From positions 3,149,909 through 3,213,908 of the forward strand of contig OZ219866.1 in assembly GCA_964291675.2 (NCBI GenBank): DNA of 64,000 bases. Reading direction: 5' to 3'. Made by a program: the position numbers and the translations under genes. Below are positions 34,112 through 43,413 of the stretch, in pieces (the stretch's first letter is position 1; each line of letters starts with the position of its first letter). The notes beneath the pieces are model-generated. The model was given only the letters and a program-made list of their open reading frames with translations. It did no database searches and was not told the DNA's origin. Source of the DNA: Alphaproteobacteria bacterium (GTDB lineage: Bacteria; Pseudomonadota; Alphaproteobacteria; MPNO01).

Positions 34112-35283
34112 CCCCCGCCAAGGCCCCGGTGCTTCCCCGCACCGTCGAGAAAGCCGCGCAGCGTGGTGGCGAATTCGGGCTCGTCGAGCAGGAAGGCATC
34201 GTGCCCCTTGTCGGTCTTCACTTCGACGAAGCTGACATTCGCCGCGACCGCGTTGAGCGCCTTGACCACCGCGCGGCTCTCGACGGTGGGGAACAGCCAG
34301 TCGCTGGTGAACGAGAACAGGCAGAACCGGACCGGGGTGCCGGCGAAGGCCTTCGACAGCGCCCCGCCATGCTCCGCCGCGATGTCGAAATAGTCCATCG
34401 CGCGCGTGATGTAGAGATAGGAGTTCGCGTCGAACCGTTCGACGAAGGTAATGCCCTGGTGGCGCAGGTAGCTTTCCACCTGGAAATCGGCGTCGAAGCC
34501 GAAGCTGAGCGCGTCCCGCCCCTGCAGCCGGCGGCCGAACTTGCGGTGCAGCGCCGAGTCCGACAGGTAGGTGATATGCGCCGCCATGCGCGCCACGGCG
34601 AGGCCGCGGGTCGGCACCTTGCCGTGGCGCAGATACTCGCCCTGACACCAGTCGGGATCGGCCATGATGGCCTGGCGGCCGACCTCGTTGAACGCGATGT
34701 TCTGCGAGGAATGACGCGCGGCCGCGGCGATCGGAACGGCGGAGAAGACGCGCTCGGGATAGCGCGCCGCCCACTCGATCACCTGCATCCCCCCCATCGA
34801 GCCGCCGATCACGCAAAACAGCCGGTCGATCCCGAGATGGTCGAGCAGCAGCGCCTGGACCTGCACCATGTCGCTGATGGTGATCACCGGGAAGGCGAGA
34901 CCGTAGCGCTCCCCGGTTTCCGGGTTGATGTCCATCGGGCCGGTGGTCCCCATGCATCCGCCGAGCACATTGGCGCAAATGACGTGGTAGCGGTCGGTGT
35001 CGAGCACCTTGCCGGGCCCGACCAGAAGGTCCCACCAGCCCGGCTTGCCGGTGATCGGGTGGGGCTCGGCGACGAACTGGTCGCCGGTCAGGGCATGGCA
35101 TACCAGGATCGCGTTCGAGCGCTCCGCGTTCAGCGCTCCATAGGTCCGGTAGGCGACCGTGACCGGTCCGAGCGCGACACCGCAGTCGAGCAGCAACGGC
35201 TCGTCGGTCGCCAGACGCACATGCGTGCCCGGTATCTCCGCCGGCAACAGGGAGGTCGGGCGATTGAGCGCTACGGGCTTCAT
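34108..35283 (-). CDS. metX: homoserine O-acetyltransferase
   Basis: ATG 35283 gives ..CHALTGD.., ..[10 protein letters not shown].. (nucleophile elbow) and ..SDWLFP.. Confidence 0.9.
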   Translation of the reverse strand: MKPVALNRPTSLLPAEIPGTHVRLATDEPLLLDCGVALGPVTVAYRTYGALNAERSNAILVCHALTGDQFVAEPHPITGKPGWWDLLVGPGKVLDTDRYHVICANVLGGCMGTTGPMDINPETGERYGLAFPVITISDMVQVQALLLDHLGIDRLFCVIGGSMGGMQVIEWAARYPERVFSAVPIAAAARHSSQNIAFNEVGRQAIMADPDWCQGEYLRHGKVPTRGLAVARMAAHITYLSDSALHRKFGRRLQGRDALSFGFDADFQVESYLRHQGITFVERFDANSYLYITRAMDYFDIAAEHGGALSKAFAGTPVRFCLFSFTSDWLFPTVESRAVVKALNAVAANVSFVEVKTDKGHDAFLLDEPEFATTLRGFLDGAGKHRGLGGG

Positions 35284-35369
35284 CACCTGCGGCTCTGTAT
35301 AAGACCGCCGACGCAACGGCAACCGCGGAAATCCCTGTCCCCGGCAACGACCGGCATCGGCGGCGTCGA

Positions 35370-35398
35370 TTGTAACCAATGCAGGGGCTGGTTATAAG
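35370..35398 (+). promoter_or_regulatory. candidate promoter TTGTAA - 17 nt - TATAAG inside an imperfect 9-bp inverted repeat
   Basis: This is the only AT-rich patch in the metX/chorismate-mutase divergent region. TTGTAACCA...TGGTTATAA forms the inverted repeat. On the other strand TACAAT could serve metX. Confidence 0.4.
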
Positions 35399-35476
35399 TC
35401 GCTACGAAGATGTCATGTATTCACCCGGCCGAAGGCCCATGGCCAGGCGGGGGTTGCGGGGTGGGACGAAACCGAC

Positions 35477-36388
35477 ATGAGCCATTCCGGGGTGTCGCTC
35501 GCCGATGTGCGCAAGCGCATCGACGACATCGACGACCGCCTGCACGGGCTGCTGATAGAGCGGACCTCGCTGGCGCAATCCGTGGTCGAGGCCAAGAGCG
35601 GGTCGACGGCGCCGGTTTACCGCCCCGGCCGCGAGGCGGAGATCCTGCGGCGCCTGGTCCAGCGTCATGAGGGCGAATTTCCGAAGGTGCCGCTGACCCT
35701 GATCTGGCGCCAGATCATCTCGGCGACCCTCGGTCTGCAGGGAGATTTCGTCGTCGCGGTCTATGCCGCCGACGAATCGGACCCGCGCTGTGAAATCGTC
35801 GAGACCCATTTCGGCGCCGCGACGCCGCTTTCCCTGCACGGGACGGTTACCGGCGTGTTCATCGCGCTGACCCAGGGCGATGCGTCGGTGGGCGTCCTGC
35901 CGTTTCCCGCCGACAGCCAGGAAACCCCGTGGTGGCCGCGTCTCGCTCAGTACGGCGAGCGGGCCAGAGGCGCCGGCCGCCCGACGATCGTCGCCCGGCT
36001 GCCGTTCGTGCCGCTGCGGCGGCTATCGGGCGCCGGCCGCGGTTCGCTGGTCATCGCCATGCAGGCGCCCGAGCCCACCGATCGCGACCGCAGCTTCATC
36101 GTCGTCAGGGCCGGCGAGGATACCAGCCGGGCGCGGGTCCACGGCGCCTTCCAGTCTCGCGGGCTCGAGTCGCGGCTGACGCTCACCCATGCCGACGAGG
36201 TGGAGCCGGAGGCGACGCTTTTCCTGCTCGAGGTCGATGGGTTCGTCGAGAACGGAGACCCCAGAATCGCCGCCATTGCCGAGGAAATCGGCGGCGAGGA
36301 GAAGGTCGAGCTCAAGGTGCTGGGCGCCTATGCCGAGCCCTTTGCCGCCAGCGAGGTCGGGCCCCAGAGGGGCGTCAAGCAACCATGA
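35477..36388 (+). CDS. chorismate mutase (AroQ-type N-terminal domain plus a C-terminal domain)
   Basis: ..LADVRKRIDDIDDRLHGLLIERTSLAQSV.. is a CM_2 signature. It is followed by hisC and tyrC as in many Alphaproteobacteria. Confidence 0.7.
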   Translation: MSHSGVSLADVRKRIDDIDDRLHGLLIERTSLAQSVVEAKSGSTAPVYRPGREAEILRRLVQRHEGEFPKVPLTLIWRQIISATLGLQGDFVVAVYAADESDPRCEIVETHFGAATPLSLHGTVTGVFIALTQGDASVGVLPFPADSQETPWWPRLAQYGERARGAGRPTIVARLPFVPLRRLSGAGRGSLVIAMQAPEPTDRDRSFIVVRAGEDTSRARVHGAFQSRGLESRLTLTHADEVEPEATLFLLEVDGFVENGDPRIAAIAEEIGGEEKVELKVLGAYAEPFAASEVGPQRGVKQP

Positions 36389-37473
36389 GCGGGCCGACCC
36401 CGAGGCCAGGCATCCTCGACATCGCGCCCTACATACCCGGAGACTCGTCGATCCCGGGCCGGGCGCGGGTGATCAAGCTGTCGTCCAACGAGGGCGCGCT
36501 CGGCCCCAGCCCGGCGGCGATGCGCGCGCTGGCCGGGACCGCCGCCGACATCCACCGCTACCCCGACGGCGGCGCCGTCGCGCTGTGCGAGGCGATCGGC
36601 GCGGCGCACGGACTCGACCCGGGGCGAATCGTCTGCGGCGCGGGATCCGACGAGCTGATCACGCTGCTCGCGCGCGCCTATGCCGGACCCGGCGACGAGG
36701 TGCTGACCCATGCTCACGCCTTCGTCATGTACCGGCTCGCCGGGCTCAGCGTGGGCGCGCAGGTGGTCGAGGCGCCGGAACGGAATCTCACCGCCGACGT
36801 CGATGCCCTGCTGGCCGCGGCGACGCCCAGAACCCGGATCGTCTTCATCGCCAACCCCAACAACCCGACCGGGACCTACTTGCCGCTGGAGGAGATCGAG
36901 CGCCTGCGCGCCGGCCTGCCCGAAGACGTCGTGCTGGTGATCGATTCCGCCTATGCCGAATACGTGACGCGCAACGACTACGGCGCCGGCGAAGCGCTGG
37001 TCGATCGCGGGCAGAACACGGTCATGACGCGGACGTTCTCGAAGATCTACGGGCTCGGCGGGGTCCGGCTCGGCTGGGCCTATTGCCCGGAATCGGTCGC
37101 TTCGGTGCTGCATCGCATCCGCTCGCCCTTCAACATCAACGCCCCCGCCCAGGCGGCCGGAATCGCGGCGGTGCAGGACACCGACTTCCTGGCCCGGTCG
37201 CGCGACCACAACGCGGCCTGGCTCCCCTGGATCTCCGAGCGCATCGCCGCCGCCGGCTTCCCGGTGACGCCGAGCGTCGGCAATTTCGTCCTCGTCGAGT
37301 TCCCCGCCGACGAGGGGCGGAACGCCGAAGCCGCGCTCGCCCATCTCGCGCGCCACGGGTTGATCCCGCGCGCCGTCGCCGGCAACCGCCTCCCCGACCA
37401 TCTCAGGATCACCGTCGGGCTGGAAGACGAGATGCGGGCGCTGGTCGAGGCGATCGAGGCGTTCGCGGACTGA
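36385..37473 (+). CDS. hisC: histidinol-phosphate/aromatic aminotransferase
   Basis: ATG 36385 overlaps the upstream stop. It has ..IKLSSNEGALGPSP.., ..NPNNPTGT.. and ..RTFSKIYGLGGVRLGW.. Confidence 0.88.
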   Translation: MSGPTPRPGILDIAPYIPGDSSIPGRARVIKLSSNEGALGPSPAAMRALAGTAADIHRYPDGGAVALCEAIGAAHGLDPGRIVCGAGSDELITLLARAYAGPGDEVLTHAHAFVMYRLAGLSVGAQVVEAPERNLTADVDALLAAATPRTRIVFIANPNNPTGTYLPLEEIERLRAGLPEDVVLVIDSAYAEYVTRNDYGAGEALVDRGQNTVMTRTFSKIYGLGGVRLGWAYCPESVASVLHRIRSPFNINAPAQAAGIAAVQDTDFLARSRDHNAAWLPWISERIAAAGFPVTPSVGNFVLVEFPADEGRNAEAALAHLARHGLIPRAVAGNRLPDHLRITVGLEDEMRALVEAIEAFAD

Positions 37474-37476
37474 TCC

Positions 37477-38385
37477 ATGTCCAGCGACGTTCTGTTCCGG
37501 CGGATCGCCTTGATCGGAATCGGGTTGATCGGCTCCTCCCTGGCCCGCGTGGTCAAGCGCGACCGCCTCGCCGGCCACGTCGTCGGCTGCGCCCGCCGGG
37601 CGGAGACGCTGGCCGCCGCCGAGCGGCTGGAGATCGTGGACTCGACGACGCAGGATCCGTGCGAGGCGGCGGCGGGGGCCGATCTGGTGATCATCTGCAC
37701 GCCGCTCGGCTCCTATGGCGCCATCGCGCGCGCCATCGCCCCGAGCCTCGCGCCCGGCGCCATCGTCTCGGATGTCGGCTCGGTCAAGGGGGCGGTGCTC
37801 GAGGCCGTCCTTCCGCATCTGCCGGACGGCGTCCACTTCGTCCCCGGCCATCCGATCGCCGGCACCGAGAATACCGGTCCCGAGGCCGGGTTCGACACGC
37901 TGTTCGAGGGGCGCTGGTTCCTGATCACCCCGCCGCCCGGCACCGACGAGGCGGCGATCGAGCGGGTATCCGAGCTGTGGCGCCGCGCCGGCAGCATGAT
38001 CGCCAGGATGGATGCGGCCCACCACGACTACGTGCTCGCGATCACCTCGCATATCCCCCATCTGATCGCCTACACCATCGTCGGGACGGCGACCGATCTG
38101 GAGGATCATCTCAAGTCCGAGGTGATCAAGTATTCGGCCGCGGGGTTTCGCGATTTCACCCGGATTGCGGGCTCCGACCCGGTGATGTGGCGCGACATCT
38201 TCCTCAACAACCGCGACGCCGTGCTGGAGATGCTCGGCCGCTTCACCGAGGACCTGACCGCGCTCCAGCGGGCGGTCCGCGTCGGCGACGGGGCCGCTCT
38301 CGAATTGCTGTTCAAGCGCACCCGCGACATCAGGCGCGGCGTCGTCGCCGCCCAGCAGCACATCCCGCCGCAGCCCGACGGTTAG
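37477..38385 (+). CDS. tyrC: prephenate/arogenate (cyclohexadienyl) dehydrogenase
   Basis: ..IALIGIGLIGSSLA.. (Rossmann), ..GHPIAG.. and ..HDYVLAITSHIPHL.. Confidence 0.85.
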   Translation: MSSDVLFRRIALIGIGLIGSSLARVVKRDRLAGHVVGCARRAETLAAAERLEIVDSTTQDPCEAAAGADLVIICTPLGSYGAIARAIAPSLAPGAIVSDVGSVKGAVLEAVLPHLPDGVHFVPGHPIAGTENTGPEAGFDTLFEGRWFLITPPPGTDEAAIERVSELWRRAGSMIARMDAAHHDYVLAITSHIPHLIAYTIVGTATDLEDHLKSEVIKYSAAGFRDFTRIAGSDPVMWRDIFLNNRDAVLEMLGRFTEDLTALQRAVRVGDGAALELLFKRTRDIRRGVVAAQQHIPPQPDG

Positions 38386-39401
38386 AAGTTCCAGTCGATC
38401 CGCGGCAGCCGCATGACCGAGAGCGGCCCGAGATAGAGCCGGCGGTTCTGGATCGTTACCGGCAGCGCGGTCGAATCGCTCTGCCCCTTGTCCGCGCGGG
38501 CGAGGAGCTGGAGCCCGAGGCCGATGGCCCCGGCGTTCTTCTTCTCGACCGCGCCGAGGGCGACCAGCAGGCGGAGCAGGTCCTCGCGGCCGTCGATGCG
38601 AAAGGAGAACGCGGCGATCGGCTGAAGGTCGCGGTCGAGCGCGACGGTGCCCGAGCCGGCGACGCGCGCGCGCCGCGAGCGCAGCGCCGCGTTGCCGATC
38701 TCCACCACCCCGCCGCCGTCGCGCCACCGCGCGAGCCCCCGTGGCGTCGCCGCGCGCGGCAGCGGGCCGGTCAGTTTGGCCGCGAGCGAAAGCGAATCGA
38801 TCCCGCGCTCGGACCCGGCGATCTCGATCCCGGCGAGTTCGAGCGCGATCGTCGGCCCCGGCGGCTCGGGACCGCGCCCCCTATCGGCCCGCCCCGGCCG
38901 GTCGGGAAGGACGATCGAGGCCTCCGCCCCGGCGATCGAGCGCGGCGGCTTGCGCCCCGGCACCCGGATTTCGATATCGCCGAGCGCGAGGTCGATCCGG
39001 GTTTCCGCCGCCGGGCGCCGCAACGTCCCGGTGGCAACCCCCGCCCGCACCCGGATCGGCGCGGCATCGGCCCCGCCGGTCCAGACGCGGTGTTCGCCCG
39101 GGGCCGAGAAGGCGATGCGCGACGGGCTCCAGGGCCACGCCCGCGCGGCGATTCTCGGGCCTTCCCAGCGCCAGCCGGGAGCGGCGACCGAGGCTGCATC
39201 GACGCTGGCGACCAGCGGCCCCGGATAGCCCTCGATGCGGACCCGCTCGTAGACGACCTGCCAGCCGCGGCTCCGCATCTCGGCGGCCCAGCCGTCGAGA
39301 CCCGCGCGCAGCCCGTCGGCGGCGATCCACCAGACCGCGCTGTAGACGATGATCGCGAGGAGACTCAGCGCGGCCGCCCCGAACGCCGCCTTCCTGGCCA
39401 T
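38382..39401 (-). CDS. hypothetical signal-anchored protein (possibly DUF2125 family)
   Basis: 339 aa with N-terminal TM MARKAAFGAAALSLLAIIVYSAVWW. The DUF assignment is from memory of similar alphaproteobacterial proteins and is not verified. Confidence 0.5.
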   Translation of the reverse strand: MARKAAFGAAALSLLAIIVYSAVWWIAADGLRAGLDGWAAEMRSRGWQVVYERVRIEGYPGPLVASVDAASVAAPGWRWEGPRIAARAWPWSPSRIAFSAPGEHRVWTGGADAAPIRVRAGVATGTLRRPAAETRIDLALGDIEIRVPGRKPPRSIAGAEASIVLPDRPGRADRGRGPEPPGPTIALELAGIEIAGSERGIDSLSLAAKLTGPLPRAATPRGLARWRDGGGVVEIGNAALRSRRARVAGSGTVALDRDLQPIAAFSFRIDGREDLLRLLVALGAVEKKNAGAIGLGLQLLARADKGQSDSTALPVTIQNRRLYLGPLSVMRLPRIDWNF

Positions 39402-39508
39402 CCGCCGGTTATATGCGGCCCCGCGGCGGCGGTCGAGCGGAGGCGGGCCGGCCGCTATGGTGTTCCGATGGGCAAGACCCCCGATCCCGCGCAGGCGGCT
39501 CCCGCGCC

Positions 39509-40405
39509 ATGACCGGCGCGGACAGGTCCACCCCGCTCTGGGTGACGCTGACGCCGGTGCTGTTCGTGTTTTGCTGGGCGTCGGGCTTCCCGATCACCAG
39601 TTTCGGGATCGAATACGCCGAGCCGCTGACCCTGCTGGCGATCCGTTCCGCGCTCAACGTCATCGTCGTCGGCGCCGCGCTGCCCTTCCTCGCGGCTTCC
39701 TGGCCCGCGACCTGGCGCGAGGCGGGTCATATCGCCTTCGCCGGGTTCCTGCTCCACTCCGCCTATCTCTCCTGCATCTTCATCGCGCTCGGCGAGGGCG
39801 TGCCGCAGGGCACCGTCGCGCTGATCGCGGGGATGCAGCCGCTGGTCACCGCCATCCTCGTCGGACGCGCGCTCGGCGAACGGGTGGGCGCGATCCAGTG
39901 GACCGGCTTCGTGCTCGGCTTCGCCGGGCTTGCCTGCGTCCTCGGCGAGGGCGTGAGCGTGTCGTCGGGGACGCCGCTCGGCTACATCGTCGCGGCCTTC
40001 ACGCCTATCCTGATCACCGCCGCGTCGCTCTACCAGAAGCGCTACTGCGCGGCGATGGATCTGAGGACCGGGATGATAATCCAGCACGGCACGGCGTTCT
40101 TCACCACCGGGGCGCTGGCGCTCCTGATCGAGACCAACCGGGTGGTACCCGGCGTCGAGCTCGCGCTCGTCCTGGTCTGGCTCGTGCTGGTGCTCTCCGT
40201 CGCCGCGTCCAACCTGTACTACATACTGCTCCGGCGCGGCGAGGCGGCGCGGGTCTCCAGCCTGTTCTATCTCACCCCGCCGACCACCGTGCTGCTCGGC
40301 TGGCTGAGCTTCGGCGAGAGCTTCGGGCCGACCGCGCTGGCGGGGTTCGCGATCGCCGGCCTCGGCGTCTTCCTGGTGACCCGGCGCGGCGGGGCCGGGG
40401 CGTGA
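39509..40405 (+). CDS. DMT (EamA) family transporter, paralog 1
   Basis: ATG 39509 gives 298 aa and about 10 TM, with ..LYQKRYCAAMDLRTG.. Confidence 0.8.
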   Translation: MTGADRSTPLWVTLTPVLFVFCWASGFPITSFGIEYAEPLTLLAIRSALNVIVVGAALPFLAASWPATWREAGHIAFAGFLLHSAYLSCIFIALGEGVPQGTVALIAGMQPLVTAILVGRALGERVGAIQWTGFVLGFAGLACVLGEGVSVSSGTPLGYIVAAFTPILITAASLYQKRYCAAMDLRTGMIIQHGTAFFTTGALALLIETNRVVPGVELALVLVWLVLVLSVAASNLYYILLRRGEAARVSSLFYLTPPTTVLLGWLSFGESFGPTALAGFAIAGLGVFLVTRRGGAGA

Positions 40406-41280
40406 CCGCCGGGCGTTCCGCGCACGGGCTGTTCCTCGCCGCGGCGCCGCTGATCTTCGCGGCGATCTGGAGCACCGGCAACATCTTCACCAAGTACGGC
40501 ATGCCCTATGTCGAGCCGCTCACCTTCCTCGCGCTCAGGTTCGCCTTCGGGACGCTGTTCCTGGTCGCCGTCGCCGCCGCCTTCCGTGCGCCCGGGCCGG
40601 CCAGCGCCGCGGAGGCGGGGCACATCGCGGTGGCCGGGGTGCTGGTTCACTGCGGCTATCTGTGGTCGGTGTTCGTCGCCGTCGACGAGGGGGTGGCGAT
40701 CGGGACGCTTGCCCTGATCGTCGGGTTGCAGCCCCTGTTGACCGCGATGATCGTCGGCCGGGCGCTGGGCGAGACCGTGAGCGCGCGCCAGTGGGTCGGG
40801 CTGGTGCTCGGCTTCGCCGGCGTCGTCATGGTGGTCTGGCGCAAGATCGACATCGCCGAAGGCACGCTGTTCGGCATGGCGCTCGGCGCGACCAGCGTGC
40901 TCGCGCTCACCCTGGGCACGGTCTACCAGAAGCGTTTTTGCGCCGACATGGATCTGCGCTCGGGCACGGCGCTGCAAGCGGGGGTCAACGCGGCTCTCAC
41001 GATCGGCCTGGTGCTGCTGTTCGAGACGCGGGCGATCGACTGGACCGGCGAGTTCGTGTTCTCGCTGTTCTGGCTGGTCTTCGTGCTCACCATCGGCGCC
41101 TACAACCTGCTGTTCTACCTGCTCAGGCTCGGCGAGGCCTCGCGGGTGGCGAGCCTGTTCTACCTGACCCCGGCGATCACCGCCGTGATGGGCTGGCTGA
41201 TGTTCGACGAGGTCCTCGGCCCGGTCTCGATCGTCGGCATGGCGGTCGCGGTGACCGGCTTCGCGCTCGCCTCGCGATGA
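40402..41280 (+). CDS. DMT (EamA) family transporter, paralog 2
   Basis: GTG 40402 overlaps the upstream stop (GTGA). The 292-aa product is collinear with paralog 1 (..VYQKRFCADMDLRSG..). Confidence 0.8.
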   Translation: MTAGRSAHGLFLAAAPLIFAAIWSTGNIFTKYGMPYVEPLTFLALRFAFGTLFLVAVAAAFRAPGPASAAEAGHIAVAGVLVHCGYLWSVFVAVDEGVAIGTLALIVGLQPLLTAMIVGRALGETVSARQWVGLVLGFAGVVMVVWRKIDIAEGTLFGMALGATSVLALTLGTVYQKRFCADMDLRSGTALQAGVNAALTIGLVLLFETRAIDWTGEFVFSLFWLVFVLTIGAYNLLFYLLRLGEASRVASLFYLTPAITAVMGWLMFDEVLGPVSIVGMAVAVTGFALASR

Positions 41281-41846
41281 CCGCCAAGATCGTCTTCGAC
41301 GGGCCGGGCGATATCTGGTTCTTCGCCTACGGATCGCTGATGTGGGACCCCGGCTTCGCCTTCGCGGAGGCGAAGCCGGCGCTGCTGCGCGGCTACCATC
41401 GCCGGTTCTGCGTCGATTCGACGGTCTATCGCGGGACGCCCCAACGGCCGGGGCTGGTGCTCGGCCTCGATGCCGGCGGCTCGTGCCGCGGCCTTGCCTA
41501 CCGCATCGCCGAAGGCCGGCGCGAGGCGGCGGCGCGCTATCTCGACCGGCGCGAGTTGGCCGAAGACATCTATTTGCTGCGCAAGGTGAGGCTGGAGACG
41601 GCGGACGGTCGCTTTCCCGGCTACACGCTCGTGGTCGACCGCGGGACGCCCTACTACGCGCGCAGCCTGGCGCCCGGGGAAGAGGATCGCCGGATCGCCA
41701 CCTGCCGCGGCGAGCGGGGGACCAACGCGGCCTACCTGAAGGAGACCATCGCCCGGCTGGAAGCGCTCGGGGTGCGCGACGGCGGGCTGGTCGCGCTCAG
41801 CCGCCGCGTCGCCGCGTTGGCTCCTCAGGGCGCCGGCGCGGGCTAG
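41277..41846 (+). CDS. chaC: gamma-glutamylcyclotransferase, ChaC family
   Basis: ATG 41277 overlaps the upstream stop (ATGA). It has ..WFFAYGSLMWDPGF..YHRRFC..GTPQRPGLVLGLD.. Confidence 0.8.
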   Translation: MTAKIVFDGPGDIWFFAYGSLMWDPGFAFAEAKPALLRGYHRRFCVDSTVYRGTPQRPGLVLGLDAGGSCRGLAYRIAEGRREAAARYLDRRELAEDIYLLRKVRLETADGRFPGYTLVVDRGTPYYARSLAPGEEDRRIATCRGERGTNAAYLKETIARLEALGVRDGGLVALSRRVAALAPQGAGAG

Positions 41847-42086
41847 ATCCCGTCCTTTTTCGCGACCGCCGCCGCCGTTCTCGACGCCTCCATTTGCCAG
41901 TCCCATGCCTCGGACATCGGAGCATTACGCTCCGGGCTCGGGCGACCGGGCCCTGTGTTCGTTTGCGGCAGTCCAGGCACTCGAAGCAGTCGTACGTCAT
42001 CCCGGGCAGCGGTCGATCCTCGACCCGCTTTCCCACTCCGCATGAAGGTTGGCGCCGGGGCTTGATCGGCTGAGGCAGCCTTGCTG

Positions 42087-42122
42087 TTACACTTGTTTCT
42101 GTTATTCTTGTTATTACACTTG
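42087..42122 (+). promoter_or_regulatory. AT-rich patch with direct repeat TTACACTTG (42087-42095 and 42114-42122); candidate promoter/operator of the TA pair
   Basis: It lies 60-95 nt upstream of ATG 42182 and is the lowest-GC stretch in the neighbourhood. Repeats of TGTT(A/T) lie between the two copies. Confidence 0.35.
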
Positions 42123-42181
42123 AACGCATGCCCGCGCGCCGCGATCGAGGCACCGGCCCATTGCAGAGGAGGAGAATCGGG

Positions 42182-42637
42182 ATGAGCAACGCCACCGACG
42201 CGGTGGACCTGGGACACCGTCTTCCGACGCAGGACGAGATGGCCTGCGCTGCGCAAGCGGTAACGGCGCTTGCCCACGCCCGGGGCGGGAACGGCGTCCT
42301 CGCCATTCATCGCGAAGACGGCGAGGCCGTTCGCTTGGCACCCGCGATCGCCGACCTGGTGATCGATCTGCTGGGCGGTGTCGCGTCGGGCAAGACGGTC
42401 ACGCTGGTTCCGGCCGGCGCCATGCTGACCACGCAGCAGGCGGCCGACATCCTGGGTGTCTCGCGCCCGCACGTCAGCAAGCTGCTCAAGACGGGCACGA
42501 TCCCGTTCGTTTCGGTCGGTTCGCACCGTCGCGTCATGCACGCCGATCTGATGGCCTATATCGACCGTCGCGACGCCGTGCGCCGTGCGGCGCTCGACGA
42601 TCTTGCCCGTCTCGGTCAGGAGTTCGATGCGTCTTGA
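42182..42637 (+). CDS. excisionase/MerR-type helix-turn-helix DNA-binding protein, putative antitoxin
   Basis: 151 aa with ..MLTTQQAADILGVSRPHVSKLLKTGTIPFVSVGSHRRV.. Its stop overlaps the start of the PIN gene (TTGA). Confidence 0.7.
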   Translation: MSNATDAVDLGHRLPTQDEMACAAQAVTALAHARGGNGVLAIHREDGEAVRLAPAIADLVIDLLGGVASGKTVTLVPAGAMLTTQQAADILGVSRPHVSKLLKTGTIPFVSVGSHRRVMHADLMAYIDRRDAVRRAALDDLARLGQEFDAS

Positions 42638-43218
42638 CGCAGCTCGCGGACCCTCGCATCGCCCTGCTGGATGCAAACGTCCTGTTTCCCTTCCGCAAGA
42701 GGGACGTTCTCTTGCGCTTCCACCACGCCGGCTTGTTCCGGGCGCGATGGAGCGAGCGGATTCTCGACGAGTGGACGCTGAACCTCCTCGAACAGAAGCC
42801 GCATCTTGAACCGAGTGTCCGTTCCCAGCGCCATGCTATGAGCGAGCATTTCGCGGAGGCGCAGGTCACGGGATACGAGCCGTTGATCGGGACGCTCGAA
42901 CTTCCCGATGCCGACGACCGCCACGTCCTGGCGGCCGCGATCCGTTGCGGCGCCCGGTACATCGTCACCGATAACCTGGCCGACTTTCCGGCCGAGGTCC
43001 TCGGGCGGTTCGATATCGAGGCGGTCGACGCCGACGGGTTTCTGTCCCGGACGTTCGATCTCTACCCCTCCGAAGCACTTGGCGTGTTGAGCACCCTTCG
43101 GAAGGCGTACAGCAATCCGCCCTTCACGCCGTCGGAGTTCGTCCGCGACCTGGCGGCGAAGGGGCTTCCCCGGCTGGCCGCGCAGACGCGGGAGCGACGT
43201 TCGACGAACGCGAGATGA
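42634..43218 (+). CDS. PIN-domain protein, putative toxin
   Basis: 194 aa with ..ALLDANVLFP.. (first acidic residue), ..LPDADDRHVLAAAI.. and ..IVTDNLADF.. Confidence 0.7.
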   Translation: MTQLADPRIALLDANVLFPFRKRDVLLRFHHAGLFRARWSERILDEWTLNLLEQKPHLEPSVRSQRHAMSEHFAEAQVTGYEPLIGTLELPDADDRHVLAAAIRCGARYIVTDNLADFPAEVLGRFDIEAVDADGFLSRTFDLYPSEALGVLSTLRKAYSNPPFTPSEFVRDLAAKGLPRLAAQTRERRSTNAR

Positions 43219-43413
43219 TCGTCAGCAGCGGCCGGCCATCGACCCTGATACGTCACCCCGCGAACACCACCCCTTGAACTTCGGATTCGGCTCCCGATCT
43301 AGGCTGCGGACGGCGGCGAAAAAAGTGCTTGCATCCGACGCCGCCGAGCTTCATATCGCGGCGCCTCAGAGCGCTTGTGCAACCGTCCGACAAGGCCGCG
43401 TACCGTGGCGCAA

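Noticed and set aside
41797-41999. A small minus-strand ORF starting MTYDCFECLDCRKRTQGP.. that looks like a zinc-ribbon peptide, next to the TA pair.
   Set aside because: Only the first approx. 18 residues look protein-like. The rest is an Arg-rich shadow frame overlapping the ChaC 3' end, and there is no RBS. I could not support it.
43293-43345. A TAGGCT hexamer at 43300-43305 and a hairpin GGCGGCG-(20 nt)-CGCCGCC upstream of the MFS gene, considered as another member of the TAGGCT promoter set.
   Set aside because: The nearest -35-like box (TTGAAC, 43274-43279) is 20 nt away, which is too far. An alternative, TTGCAT-17-CATATC, lies inside the hairpin loop, so the promoter cannot be assigned confidently.
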